From Octopus sinensis (taxonomy: Eukaryota), in assembly GCF_006345805.1 (NCBI RefSeq), contig NC_043007.1, positions 46,314,001 to 46,378,000 on the forward strand: a stretch of DNA of 64,000 nt, written 5' to 3'. The translations under genes and the position numbers were made by a program. Below the pieces are notes generated by a model. It saw nothing but the letters and a program-made list of their open reading frames with translations. It was not told the origin of the DNA and searched no databases. The number at the start of each line of letters is the position of its first letter. The stretch's first letter is position 1. Below, in pieces: positions 27,100-40,198 of the stretch.

Positions 27100-27620
27100 T
27101 GCAAAACGTGGAACGAGAAAGGGAAACGAAATCAAGAAAACAACGAACGTCGTCGTTCCTGATTGCAGAAAGCTCATTAAATACAACTGGTTTAGAAAAG
27201 AATAACATCTATATCAAAATGTTCCAAACAGTAACACAATCCAGAGCGGGTGGTGCCCTCCTATTCAATAAAAGAAACATGTCCATGTAGGTACACCATC
27301 TAAAACTTTCAGCCCTGGAATTAAGTAGTGTATTAGATTTGTTGGTTCGAAGAGGCACGTGAGATCTTTCTGATACGCGTAATTTGCAATTCTTAGATCC
27401 GTTAACATATAGCTTGGATTTCTCCACTATTCTCCACTTAATCGCATGTAGTGTGCAGCTGATCTTCAAATTACATGCTTATTTATATTTCTTTTATCTC
27501 GGTGCATGAAACAAGGCCCGTCGTTTGCATAACGACTCTTGAATTCGCCCTCACACAATTTGATGCAATTCTTCTTTGCAATTGATTTGTCTTCGAGCGT
27601 AGCTATACTTCAAACTCGTA
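27100..27620 (-). mobile_element. Penelope-like element 3' fragment (GIY-YIG endonuclease C-terminus)
   Basis: ORF 27209-27469: IKWRIVEKSKLYVNGSKNCKLRVSE...NTLLNSRAESFRWCTYMDMFLL fits the PLE C-terminal pattern W.I...C.LC..EK...LLN.R.E....C.H...FLL. Confidence 0.8.
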
Positions 27621-27860
27621 TATGGCGAAATTTATCACGCATGCCTGGCTGCAGCCAAACTGGAGAATCACTAGCTAGAATCTTAGCCGAAGAAATAGAC
27701 CCAAGGACTTATTATTTTTGAAGCATGGTATTTATTCTATGGGTTGTCTTTTCCGAACCGCTAAGTTACTGGGACGAAAACACATTAACACCGCTTGTCA
27801 ATCTGTGGTGGGGGAAAGTACCAACATAAAAGCACACACACAGAAATATGTACGTGTAAG

Positions 27861-27906
<46 letters not shown>

Positions 27907-28595
27907 GCTTCCATGTTTATCCTAGCCTTCTGTATTTCGTAGTGCTCTATAAAACTACTTCTGTTAAATATATTCTGTTAAATAAAAACGCCTCCCCTAT
28001 AGTTCCCAATAAAGTATAGTCTTCTAAAATATAATTCATATTTGTTCCTTCGAGACATTTTTATTAACCCATCACGATACTATCCTGTGTGCCATTAACA
28101 TGAGACGTCTCTTCCATAGCTTAGGACATTCCACAAACTATTAACTGACTTGTGGCCATTCTACGCTTTTGCAGTAGGAATCGGCGTTATCTTTCAGTAA
28201 CTGAATCTGATGTCTAAGCAGCTTATCTACATTAACACTTGCGATATCTATAATCAACTTCCAAAAACTGTAGGCTTATATTATCAATCTTCTCTGTATC
28301 ATTATTATCATAATCATAAAATTTTTCATTGATAAATATAAGATATCTCCATTTTATTGATGGATTAAAATATGTACAGATATGAAAGATACATCCTACC
28401 AGGAAAAATATATTTCTAATTAACTTAATAATGTTGCGTATTTTATCTATAGTATTTTATCTCCTTTGAATGGTGGGAAATTATGTATATCTGGTGAACT
28501 AATAAATCAAATTCTTTAAAGAACTGCAATACGTCTGTACGAACATGCATACATTCGATACATACATAAACATAAACACACACACACACACATAC

Positions 28596-28627
<32 letters not shown>

Positions 28628-28631
<4 letters not shown>

Positions 28632-28873
28632 TAAGCAATAAGGGTTTAGCAACGAGTTGCCTTACCACATACCGAATTTAGAAATAGCAGTCAAAGGGTT
28701 ATAGCTATTTCTTCTACTAAAAAGGGAGATCTCAGTAAAAACAGCATTTCCAAATGCTGTTTTTACTGAGATCTCCCTTTTTAGTAGAAGAAATAGCTAT
28801 AACCCTTTGACTGCTATTTCTAAATTCGGTATGTGGTAAGGCAACTCGTTGCTAAACCCTTATTGCTTAGTAT
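28628..28873. repeat. Apparently perfect inverted repeat, 122-bp arms, 2-nt spacer
   Basis: CTAAGCAATAAGGG...ACAGCATTT-CC-AAATGCTGT...CCCTTATTGCTTAG; begins at a (TA)n tract. Confidence 0.95.
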
Positions 28874-28965
28874 TACTTAAATTTTCCTCGAATGAGGCTT
28901 TTACATGCCGAAGACTACTTGGTGTAAGTGATAATTTTTCCAAATTAATTAATTTCACCCTTCAT

Positions 28966-28999
<34 letters not shown>

Positions 29000-29305
29000 T
29001 AGATAAACATATGCATATATATATATGCATATATTTATACATGCATACATGTATGTTTGTGTGTTTGTATATATATATGTGTGTGTGTGTCTACATATAT
29101 ATTTACATATATATTATGTATGCATACATATATACATATAATTACGTACACATATATACATATATGCATATATGTGAATATATGAATATTTCTTTAATTT
29201 ATATGTCTGCATATACACATGTATGTGTGCGTGCGTTTGTGTGTTTGTTCATTTACGTATACATATACATACACACACAGAGAAACACACATATGTGTGT
29301 ATATG

Positions 29306-29383
<78 letters not shown>

Positions 29384-30289
29384 CATGAGTGTGCGTTTGT
29401 CTATGTGCCTCTGTAAATACGTAAATACACACACATGCACATACTCATAAAAGCATACATAGATATATATGCCAATACCTACGTATGTATGTAGCTGTTC
29501 TAAAAATCTAAGATTTCCCGCCTATATTCTGACTGAAATCTCTATGAATGAAATATCAAATTGCCAGTTGATTTTATTAGTTTAAATCTACGCATCGAAG
29601 CATTTGGAAACTACTAGTGGGTTTTACCTCAAGTCTCAGTCACTCAGTTACGGCCTATGTTTCTGTTATGTTTGATATTGTTATAAATACCATAGAATCT
29701 CTTTTCGATTGCCTAGATTATCTCGAAGCATCTGACTCTGAACCCAGTCAAATGATGTTAGCACAACACACAAGTGAGTTATATTAATTCTTGCTTTTTG
29801 CTCGTAAATATTGTTTTGTGTTATGCAAATATTTTAGTGCAATTCGTTGTGGACCGAGGTGCACAGCTGTTTTTCACATCGAGTTTAATTTCGAATTTGA
29901 CCAATATCAGTATAATATATAATTTTAGTAATTTTTTATCCATTAAATGTGTCGAAGGGAGACACAATTCTGTGTTCTGCAATACGTTATGTAATATACT
30001 CAACTTTAAATTTTATCTCTCTTCTTAAGTTAATTATTTAACTATTTACCTAAAAGGTTAAATAACAGCAAAAAGCCTAAATATCAGATAAACAAATTTG
30101 GCTACCTAATTTAGGAGAAAGACTGTTAAGAGTATCTGTTCTACAGTCGGTAACACGCACAACCATCAATCGATAGAAGTACAGAATCCGTACTACAAGT
30201 AATAGCGTTTCTCTTTTTCTGTTTCAAATTGATAATTACAATGCATAAAATCCATAGACGTGAATGACTTGTGATGTTTTCTTACAGCT

Positions 30290-30450
30290 TCTCTATCGTC
30301 CCAATTCAAATCAATTTCCGACTACCAAAGTTACTCACAAAATTTTGATTGATGCTATAGTAGAAGACATTCGCTCATAGGACGACGCAGTGGGTCTACA
30401 CCCGGAGCCATGTGGTCGGGTAAGAAATTTTTACTACTCAATCATGCCTG
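30290..30450 (-). mobile_element. Degenerate tRNA-derived SINE
   Basis: Reverse-strand similarity to the SINE at 38023-38185. Confidence 0.55.
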
Positions 30451-30739
30451 CACCTGTAAAATAGTTATGGTTCTTAAATCTTGGCACAGACTCTTAAATC
30501 TTGGCAATTTTAGGGGAGGACTCTGTGTTGATATTGCATGCATAAATAATGATATAATGATCATGAATGTAACAGTTTTATACGTTGCAACCATGGAAAT
30601 CTCGCTTGTATCTGTGCAAAAGATAGCAGCGATATGTGTAAAGATTTTCATTCGGCCAAGAGTAAACGTGTTTGCACTACATACAGTCGTTTCTACAGCA
30701 AATCATGGAGGACACGATATATACGAGTCTTAATGTTAT

Positions 30740-31810
30740 ATCATAGTCCCCTGAAATACGGTTTCCGATGTTTGGTCGGGTGATCGCATTGGATTACTGC
30801 ATCCCACAAGATGCTGCAAATCTCGTTTTCAGTGACTCCTTCTGGAGATTTTCTTATACCAAGTCTTAGCTATTTGTGAGTCCTGGTTTCTACAGAGCTT
30901 CCAATTGATCATTTTTGCCACAGTTTCATGGTGTATTTTGTATTCAAGTTTTGCCAATTTCGGGTATTCGCCATGCGTTTCACCTCTCTCACCACATATT
31001 CTTCATTTGTCTCTATCGGTAGTGTTGTCTATTCTACACTTCATATAATTGGTCCTAAACACTTGTTCCCGAGCTGCGCATATAAGTACTTCTGTCTCTA
31101 TCTTCCGGTCAATCCTCCTCATCCATTCGGCGTTCACATCTCTTTTTCCCTCCCATGCTTTTTCTTTTTTTTTCGTTCACGTCTTGTTTAAATTTTCACA
31201 TAGTTACACAATCTTTAGTGTTGATGACATCGGCCCCTTCGCGTTTTTCAACCCTATTCTCTTTTCCTCCTCTTCGATATAGTCCTGGCAACCGTTAAAG
31301 CTCTCCCACCCTTTCTTCTAGACAAGTACAGCCTATCAGTTTCACTTTTAGTCTGGAAGGGTCCGTGTATTGTCAACATTTTTCTGGTCTTGGTATCAAT
31401 TTTATTCATTTCTCTCTTCTGCCATTTTATAATTCCCGCTCCATACCGAAGTGGTGCTATTGCCCAGGTATTAACAGCTTGGATTTTATTTCATCCAGTC
31501 AATTTTGAGTGCAACACCAGCCTCAGCCTTCGGAAATACTCCATCCTGAGATGCTCATGATATCCTGGCACTGCCACGTCAATTATAAGGCACTCCTGTT
31601 TGTCTCTCCTAAAGGTTACTATAACCGGCCTTCGGTATTCTAATAACTTGTCTGTCTGAAAGTCAAAGTCCCAGAGGATTTTTGCCTTCCTCTTTTCCTC
31701 CATTACCTTATCCAGTGTATGTTAGTACCAAACACCCGTAAACACATACCCTTACTTGCGGTATAGTAGTCAGATGAGGTTTTCGTCTACCTTGTCGTGT
31801 CTACGCTTAT
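30740..31810 (-). mobile_element. Rearranged RLE-type LINE fragments
   Basis: 31555-31250: NKIQAVNTWAIAPLRYGAGII...TDRLYLSRRKGGR. 31810-31555: RHD...KILWDFDFQTDKLLEYRRP...CLIIDVAVPG. Confidence 0.8.
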
Positions 31811-31849
31811 ACTCTATATTATTATTGCTTTTGTTGTTGTTATTATTAT

Positions 31850-32215
31850 TTAGTAGTCTTTTTTTATCACGTGCTTTCACTGCACTACCGAGAGCAGCTC
31901 TGTGTGCCTTGGGTATGTGCTGCGGTGTGTTGCGGTGTGTTGCGGTGTTCTTATTGTTTCTGTATTGAAAGTGTTTTACGTAGGAAGTGTGCGGTGCTTT
32001 GTAGTGATATATTCTGTATTTTATACATATTTGTTAGTCCTGGTGTTTTTGTTATGTATTTGTCTGGAAGTTATTTTCATCATATCTAACGCGCGTACTA
32101 TAATAGGAATTGTTTCTGTTTTTAAGCTCCACATTCGAGTTACGTCTATTTCCAGATCTTTGTATTTAGTAAGTTTCTCCGTTCCTTTTGCTAAAACAGT
32201 TTCCATAATTGCTAC
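31850..32215 (-). mobile_element. R4/Dong LINE 3' terminal fragment with (TAA)-like tail
   Basis: EKLTKYKDLEIDVTRMWSLKTETIPIIVRAL, then 3' UTR and a TAA/CAA tail. Confidence 0.85.
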
Positions 32216-32234
32216 CTAATATATTCCAAAATTT

Positions 32235-32370
32235 CAAAGTCCGCCGAGGCCGACTTTGCCTTTCATCATTTTGGAGTAGATAAAATAAGTTCCAGCCATG
32301 TACTGGGGTCAAATTAATCGACTTACACCACCGTTGAAATTGCTACCCTGAGCCAAAATCTGAAACCAAT
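32235..32370 (+). mobile_element. SINE fragment
   Basis: CCGCCGAGGCCGACTTTGCCTTTCATC...GATAAAATAAGT...TACTGGGGTC, as in the 36873 copy. Confidence 0.7.
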
Positions 32371-33899
32371 ATATTCCAACATTTTCAATATAACCCACAG
32401 TAACTGAATTCCTCGTAAAGTTCTGCTGGTTTCAATATTGCTGTAAATTGATACACGTCAGCTATACAATGAAGCATTTTTATCACCTAATATGGGTTTC
32501 TTTTCGATATCATGGTAGATATATGACAGTGGTTATCATTGTCCCATGCTCATAACTTAAAAATAGATATTAAAATTAAGTAAAACACGAAATTTCGAAT
32601 GTACACTGTCATATAAATGCGGTGAGCTTACTTCAGCTCTGAAACCCCGATACATTCTCTCTCACACACAGATAGAGTACACGCATATACATATAAATCC
32701 GTCTATTCATTTCTGCGTGTATGTGTGTCTCTGTGAATATGTGAGTGCGAGTACATATCTATTTATTCAAACATGAGAAATCGCTATTTTGAATGTCAAC
32801 CGAAATTATCGCACAAAGAGATACCACAGCTGGTAAAAGAATGATAAAAATATATGCAGATACATGACTCGAGATCGTCTCTGAATGCAAACAATAACTC
32901 TGAAAACTTTAGACTAGATTTTATGGTTCTTGCTTCCATTTAATTAAATGCACCAACACATCTTAATAGTTGATTTTTCTTTATTGCTTGCTGGAAAATT
33001 AAGAAAAGCATTCGTTTTATTACTTCCATATATACTTTTGATTTTACCTCGATCGCATTAGCATAGGTGGTCAGCAAGCAATATATTTGCAGAATAAGCA
33101 TAAAGAAAGATATGTAAGACGTAAAAATATCTCTTTTATTTATTACTTTGTTTTTACTATTTCCATTTCAAATCAATTGATGAATTAGAAAGATATTTAT
33201 ACAGTTTGATAGACTGCATATCTATAAAGGAACAAAAACGCTAGACTTTATATTATCAAGTATAGAACACAGTACTTTCAAGGGTGGTCAACAAATGACG
33301 TCTTTTTAGCTTCCGCAATGGGCGTGTCGTTTATTAGTAAGATCCCTTTTTTATTAGTAAGGGTTTTAATTGAGGATCATTCTACCAGAAGAATCCCATT
33401 AGGTAATAACCACCATCTAGAAAAGATATTTATAAAGAAATAATAATGTAAAAAAAGAAGATATGTAATTTAAGTTTTAAGATATATTTATCTTATCTAA
33501 TGTTAGCACAAATATTAACAGTCATGGAAAACAACATAGGAACGCAGACAGACACACATATACACGGTTGCACACATACACGTACGCATTCCCTCATATT
33601 TAATGCAAAAGGTGGTTTGGTGAAAAACACATTTATACATACATAACACGCATACACGCATATATGTATGGATATGGGTTGAGTGCGTGTGTAGATGGTA
33701 ATATGCATGCATGTAAAATTATATTTCTGAAAATAGTATATGCGCGTATGTCATAACATACATATATGCATATACGCGTGCGCGCACGCACACACACACA
33801 CACACATGTATATTTCCAAGATCCAATAGTGGGAGAAACACGCAAAAAAAGTATTCCATTCAGTGAAAGATAAATATCATTTTAAATACACAACAGATA

Positions 33900-35450
33900 A
33901 AAAATAATGCAACGAAGTTGATTACCCACTTATGCAGTTTGAAGTCAAACTACAGACCACTTGCAATTAAGTGGAGAATGTTGGAGAAATCTGAGCCATA
34001 TGTTAATGGATCTAAGAAATACAACTTACACGTAAGAGAAAAATCTCGTATTCGTCTTTGATTCAGAAGAAAGGGAGAAAGTGTTAAAGAAACTGAGAGC
34101 ATGGTTAGTGCCATGGATGTGGGAGAGGAGGGGAGGAAAGCCACTAGGTGTCAAAGATGCGGTCGAGGCAGTTACAGGCGGGGACGATGGGGCGGCCAGT
34201 GATGATGGGCTTGTGGATTTGGGGAAGAAAGTAAATGGTGGGGGTGCGTGGAGTGCGGACAATGAATTTGGAGGTGATGGGAGACGGGAGATGTGGGTAT
34301 GGATAGTGGAGGACACAGTTTGTTGGTAGTTTGGCGTGGGGCTGGAGGTCAGAGGGCAATAGTAGGAGGTGTCTTGAAGTTGTAGAGGTCTGGGCGTTAC
34401 ACCACTACGGCTCCACCCTTGTCGGCCGATTTTATGATAATATTTTTGTGGAGTTAGTGACATCGCAGGGCTGAGAGTTCAGTCGAGGAGAGGCGAAAGT
34501 GTCGGGGACGCCTGCGAATGTCAAACCGGTCCACAACACATTGGTAGATTCTTGGTAAAATGATCAACTGCTTGGGACTGACCAGGAGCTGGCGTCCAGT
34601 GGGTTGCTCGGTGAAGCAGTCCTCTTCATTAGATGTAAGTGGTGTACTGTGGAATAGTGCATATAGCCTGAAGCGGCGCACAGAGCTATGAATGTCCGCA
34701 CGGGTCTGAAGTTCGTTACTGGATGGAATGAGGTGTATGAAGCGCAGACCTTTACTTACAAAAGAGTGCTTGTAAGTAAAGATCAGGATGAATGATAACA
34801 ACAGACTGACGTGAGGACAGGGTTGATGAGTTACATGTAGGCGGGATGGTGGGGGCAATGGGAGGCTGGGAGGAAAATGAAGAATAAGTGCGTGGGGTGT
34901 GGGAGTAACGAAAAGTAGGATGTGGATGAGGGGGGAGTATATCTGGGAGGAATGGACATGAGGAAGGGTGGGTGTAGTGACATCGGGTGTGAGGTGTTGG
35001 TTGGGGATGTGGAATGAAGGAGTGAGTGGAGTTTATGTTGTTTAGTGCGAGCGAGGAACTATGAAAACTATGATTTAAATGGATTATGAAGCGTAGAGTG
35101 GAATGTGCAGCAGGATGTGAAACACAGGAGAAAAATGTAGAATAATTGAGAGGGATGAGGCAGTCGAGGGTGTGCATTTTAGAGATATTAGAACGAATGG
35201 TGGCACGCATAATGCGATAAGAAGTAGTACGGAGCATGGGTAGGATGGAAGAAGCAGAGTGGTAAGTGAGGTGGAAATTGAAGTCGGACAGAAGTTATTG
35301 GAATTAAAGTTGCAAAGTAGAACATCGGCAATTCTGTCATAAATCATCTCAAGCCAGTAGGTGAGGGCTAACACTGTGAAAATGGTACTGGCTACAAGTT
35401 CCAAGAGGGTTACATAATGGAGAGAAATGCGAGTCTGGAGTTGTTTTGTT
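33900..35450 (-). mobile_element. Penelope-like element, decayed N-terminal/RT-start region
   Basis: KGLRFI...VRRFRLYALFH; IKSADKGGAVV (ATAAAATCGGCCGACAAGGGTGGAGCC on minus); PRTPTIYFLPQIHKPIITGRPIVPACNC. Confidence 0.85.
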
Positions 35451-35529
35451 TTAGTGCAAACCTTGTTTGCTGGTGAGCTCAAACTGCTACACCTCACATA
35501 AGAATTAAATGATCCTCTGTCGATGATGA

Positions 35530-35690
35530 GGCATCTGCTTTTCACCACAGGCGGAGCTGATGCCCTCAACATAAGCAATACCAATGAGTTCAATTATAAG
35601 TTTTATGAAGAATTAAATGATGTCATCAACAACGTTACCAACAAAGACAAGCTAATTACTCTTGGTGACTCTAATACAATACCTGTTGCG
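35530..35690 (+). mobile_element. APE-endonuclease fragment of an RTE/L2-like LINE
   Basis: FYEELNDVINNVTNKDKLITLGDSN resembles the FY..L.......D..I.LGDFN motif. Confidence 0.65.
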
Positions 35691-35744
35691 ACAGCAGTTC
35701 TAAAGAATGAGAGATTGGGAAGCAAAACTGCACTGATGTTCTAA

Positions 35745-36472
35745 GTTTATAGACATGCAATGACCCTCTTCCAAAATTCACTTGTCTGTGACGAAAAATA
35801 CTCCTCCAATACCGTTCTGAACTCGTCTACAGAATTCATATTTTATCCGTTCAAATGATTTTGCAGACTGCAGAATAAATGATAATCAGATGGGAGAATG
35901 TCCGGCAAATATGTTGGGTGAGACATTTAAACTGTTCCAGCTTTTGGAATGTCATCCTCGCTGTATGTGGCCGAGCATTGGACTCGGAAAGTTTGTGAGG
36001 AAGCCATTCACCCAATTTGGTGCATTTTCCGATTTCATGCAGGTGTCGATGAATGGTTGAATTACCAAATCCAAGTTTGTCTGCCACTTGCGCAATAGTT
36101 ACGATGAGATTTTGTTCTTCCAGGGTTTGCAGGATGTCCCCGTCCAGCTGTATAGATCTTCCCGGATCTCACATTTATTGTCCGATCCTCATATACTGCA
36201 CTAATTTTTCTCACACTTTCCATTGCATTGTTGCCTTTAGTGAACTCAAGAAACAAAATAATCCGAATATGGTCATTTGTCATTTCCATTATAATAGCTT
36301 TGAAAATATAACTGTTAAATCGAACAGCACCTTTAAAACTTGCAGTAAGAATAAAAAGGTAAAATTACTACGTGCTTTTACAGGTGGTTGATTCAAGTAG
36401 TTTTTCTCGTCCCCCTCTGACTTTTAGTTCATGCAATTGAAAAATCCGCATTATGTATGGGATGACTCAATA
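35745..36472 (-). mobile_element. Mariner transposon relic with internal deletion
   Basis: HIRIILFLEFTKGNNA (HTH); LADKLGFGNSTIHRHLHEIGK..WLPHKLS fused directly to NARPHTA. One TIR-like end (TATTGAGTCATCCCATACATAATGCGG) at 36446-36472. Confidence 0.9.
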
Positions 36473-36630
36473 CGCACGCACACATACATAAACACAGAAA
36501 CACACACACGGACGCACGCACACCAATTGTTATCTTTTAAGTGTTAAAAATACATTCGTTAAATGTGTCGGTCTCACTAGCGTGCCGTTTCTTACATATT
36601 GTTTCCATTGCTCTCACATAGATGTATGTA

Positions 36631-37290
36631 GAGCTAGCAGAATCATTATCACGCCGGGCGAAAGGTTTAGTGGGATTTCGTTTGCTGTTACGTTCTGAGT
36701 TCAAATTCCACCGAGGTGACTTTGCCTTTCACCCTTTCGGGGTCAATAAATTAAGTACCAGTTACGCACTCTGGTCGATGTAATCGACTTAATCCCTTTG
36801 TCTGTACTTGTTTATCCCCTCTATGCTTAGCCCCTTGTGGGCAATAAAAAATATATATATATACATATATGCAGGACGGCGAGCTGGCAGAATTATTAGC
36901 ACGCAGGGCGAAATGCGTAGCCGTATTTCCTCTGCCGTTACGTTCTAAGTCCAAATTCCGCCGAGGTCGACTTTGCCTTTCATCATTTCGGGGTCGATTA
37001 AATAAGTACCAGTTACGCACTGGAGTCGATATAATCGACTTAATCCGTTTGTCTGTCCTTGGTTGTCCTCTCTGTGTTTAGCCCCTTGTGGGTAGTAAAT
37101 AAATAGGTACTTCGTCTGCCATTAAGTTCTGAGTTCAAATTCCGCCGAGGTCGACTTTGCCTTTCATACTTTCGGGGTCGATTAAATAAGTACCAGTTAA
37201 GCACTGTGGTCGATGTAATCAACTTAATCCCTTTGTCTGCCTTCGTTTGTCCCCTCTATGTTTATACTCTTGTGGGAGCATTAAAGAAAT
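36631..37290 (+). mobile_element. Cluster of three tandem SINE copies (one partial)
   Basis: Repeated TTCTGAGTTCAAATTCCGCCGAGGTCGACTTTGCCTTTCAT...TAAGTACCAGTT...TTTAGCCCCTTGTGG. Confidence 0.85.
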
Positions 37291-38022
37291 AAATATATAC
37301 ATGTATGCGTATGTGTGTGCTTGTATGTGCGTTTGGTGCAGTGTGTGTGAGCGTGTGGGTGGTGAGTGGTGGATAGGTATGTGTGTGGTGGGGGATATGT
37401 GTGCGTGCGAGCCGGCTGTATTGGCTGGTGGACATTTAACAATCTCAAACTGCGAGTGTCACTGTAAAGAGAAAATGAGATGTTGTCAAGAGCGTCTTGC
37501 CGCAGACAGATAGCTCTAACATATATACCGTAGGTTAATTACTTTATATATCACAACTGCAAACGTATCAGCGACATTGGAATGAAAAGACTAATTTATA
37601 ACTCAACTTCAGTAATTACAGAAGAAATATTAACTTACTAGAAAAGCCGTGACTTTAGATATAAGAACTTCATAGAAAATATCAAATACACAATGGAATA
37701 AAGAAAACTACATAATACCACTACTTATTTATGGCTTTTTTGGCAATATTTTATTACTTTCTTAAACCTGATCAAATTTCTTACGCGTTCATTTTGCTTA
37801 AGAAATTTATTACCTCCATAAAGTCAGTTTATTTCAATGCAATTCACCATTTATTGCAGCAAGCATTAAATGTACATACATGTATAGACTAAACACGTGC
37901 GCACGCACACACACGCATATGCACACACGTACATACACAAAGAAATATATATATATATATATACAGAGAATGAGAGAGAGATAGAGATGGATTGATAGAT
38001 ATAATACACACACACACATATA

Positions 38023-38185
38023 ATGGCATGAGTGGCTGTGTGGTAAGTAGCTTGCGTACCAACCAGATGGTTCTGGCTTCAGTCTCACTGCGAGGGACTT
38101 GAGTAGGTGCCTTCTGCTTTAGCTTCTGGTCGGCGAAAGCCTTGTGAGTGGATTCGGTTGACGGAAGCTGAAAGGAACCCCTCGT
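38023..38185 (+). mobile_element. tRNA-derived SINE
   Basis: A-box-like TGGCTGTGTGG and decayed B box; ends in (TA)n. Confidence 0.7.
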
Positions 38186-38399
38186 ATATATATATATATA
38201 TATAATAGAAATATGTTACAAAAAGAAAATAGAAACTGCACAGGGTAATGTAAGGGAAAAGTAAGGAAATCAACAAAAATGCATATTGTAAATAAAAAAA
38301 TAGTAAAGGCTTTTTTAGGAAAAGTAACGAAAGATAAAAATATATAAATATATAAAAAATATGTAAAAATATATTTAAAAATATAGAAAGATAAAATTC

Positions 38400-39735
38400 A
38401 TGTACGTGGACACAATATAAAAAGCAAGTTCTATCTTAGGGGGACCAAAAGCCTAACAAAGATTTAGCCATATATGGACCTGATACAAAAAGTTCAGTTC
38501 TTGAATTTAGACATGTAGCGGGGTCTAAGCTGCTTTTCCAGATGAGCCGTCTTTCCATATCACAAAGACTGCACGTTTCACTACCGTTGTTGTTAGGATT
38601 ACACTTGGCAAAGATCTTCCAATGGATGTTGTAACTGACAACTTTATCTTTTAAGGACCATATATAACTGGGTAATTTTGTCGTTTTTCTTTTATCCCAG
38701 TGCTCAAGGTGTAATTGTTGAACCTGATCTTAAAATTCCCCTTTGTAAGACCCGCATATTTCTTTGACGAAACTGTGTCCTTAGTGGTCGTAGTGTTTAC
38801 GGTGACTTCATAAATGATGATCTCAGGCATGCAAGCTCCATTTAGTGGGGCACAAATTTTTATTCTTGCATGAACAGCTGGTTTCATTTTCTTGTTTTTG
38901 TGTGTTGTGTGCGATTATATATTTAAAATTATTAGTTGAGCTAAAACTAATTGTTAGGTTATGCCTGCTGAAGAGATTTCTATAATTATAATTGATTGGG
39001 AAATGCCTATCTGTAAGTGATAAGAAATATTTACCTATATGAAAGGTCACTTCGGGAAAGTAAGGGGTGTGAACCAGATAGTTTTCCTATTCCTATGTTT
39101 CCTTTTATTTATTATTGGACAAGTGATAAGTGTATAGGTTATTTCCTCGCTAAATCCATTATCTTTTAGAGCATTATTATATACTGGGGCAATGTCTCTA
39201 TCGGAGGAAAGGCTACAAATTCTTTTCTAATGATTTTAACTAAATTTTTAAACACTGGGGGCATGGCCGTAACCCAAATTAATATAACTACGTCTATCGT
39301 TGGGCTTCCTATAAGGTTTCTAAATATCCTTATTTATATTTACGGATACATCCAAGAAATTGACAACCGTCAGGTTGCTAAGACCGAAAATTTTCATCAT
39401 TTCGATAATGTCCTTCCTAAACCGATCTTGTGCTAGTCCATTGCTATTTGTGTTTAAAGCTAGGGCATCATCTTTGTAAATGGAGAAATATACGTCAGGA
39501 AAAGTCTTGTCCAACTTATCGAATAGGAATAGTCCAATGAGTTCGCATATGTCTGTTCCATCATATGACCCCATACTCACATGAAAAGCACCCTCTGTAT
39601 CGGTAGTCTTGGCCAACTCTGCGTTCTCACTGAAGAGTAAAGTCTTTCTAGCATGGAAAATTATGTCCATATCTTCTGTATTAATTTTGTAAAATTCGCT
39701 TGAGAAGGCGATGGCTTTATCCGGCGAAGGCAAGT
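38400..39735 (-). mobile_element. Penelope-like element, RT core to GIY-YIG endonuclease (decayed)
   Basis: HARKTLLF...FHVSMGSYDGTDICELIGL...YKDDAL...VNFLDV; then CSC...CP, IIYEVTV...KYAGLTKGNFKIRFNN (GIY-YIG). Confidence 0.92.
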
Positions 39736-40141
39736 GAGCATATGCATATATAGCAGGTACGTATTTAGACGTGTATTTGAATATAATTGTGCACGTATAG
39801 TTATGTGTATGTGTATGAACGCGTGTGTGTGCGGATATGTATATGTGTACATGTATGGCGACTTATATAGGCGTATGTGTTGGTGTGCATGTATGTGTTT
39901 CACGCGAGTGTGAGTGCGCATAGGCATATAGGCACATTACGTGGGTGTGCGTGCGCGCGTGTATATCTATGTACATGCGCACATACGCGATTTCTGTGAG
40001 CATTTTTACTTTTTACTTTCTCCACTTCGCTTTCTTTATTTAACGGTCATTCTCATAACATTTTTGTCTTAATAACAGTCAATCACATATCAATTTACCT
40101 TTGTTTAACGGTCATTTTCATAGCATTTTTGAATGCCTTGT

Positions 40142-40198
40142 TAACTGACGAGATGCCGGAGTAGGTTTCCGCCCCGGCATCCGAAACTCCTAGTTTTA
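40142..40198 (+). ncRNA. Type I hammerhead ribozyme motif with intact core
   Basis: TAA-CTGACGA-GATGCCGG..CCGGCATC-C-GAAA-CT-CCT-AG-TT-TTA: 8-bp stem II, short stems I and III, predicted GUU site. Confidence 0.65.

Noticed and set aside
26900-27190. Further hammerheads on the minus strand near the PLE fragment
   Set aside because: Core boxes are too degenerate (CTGGTCA, TTAATGA) and stem I does not pair.
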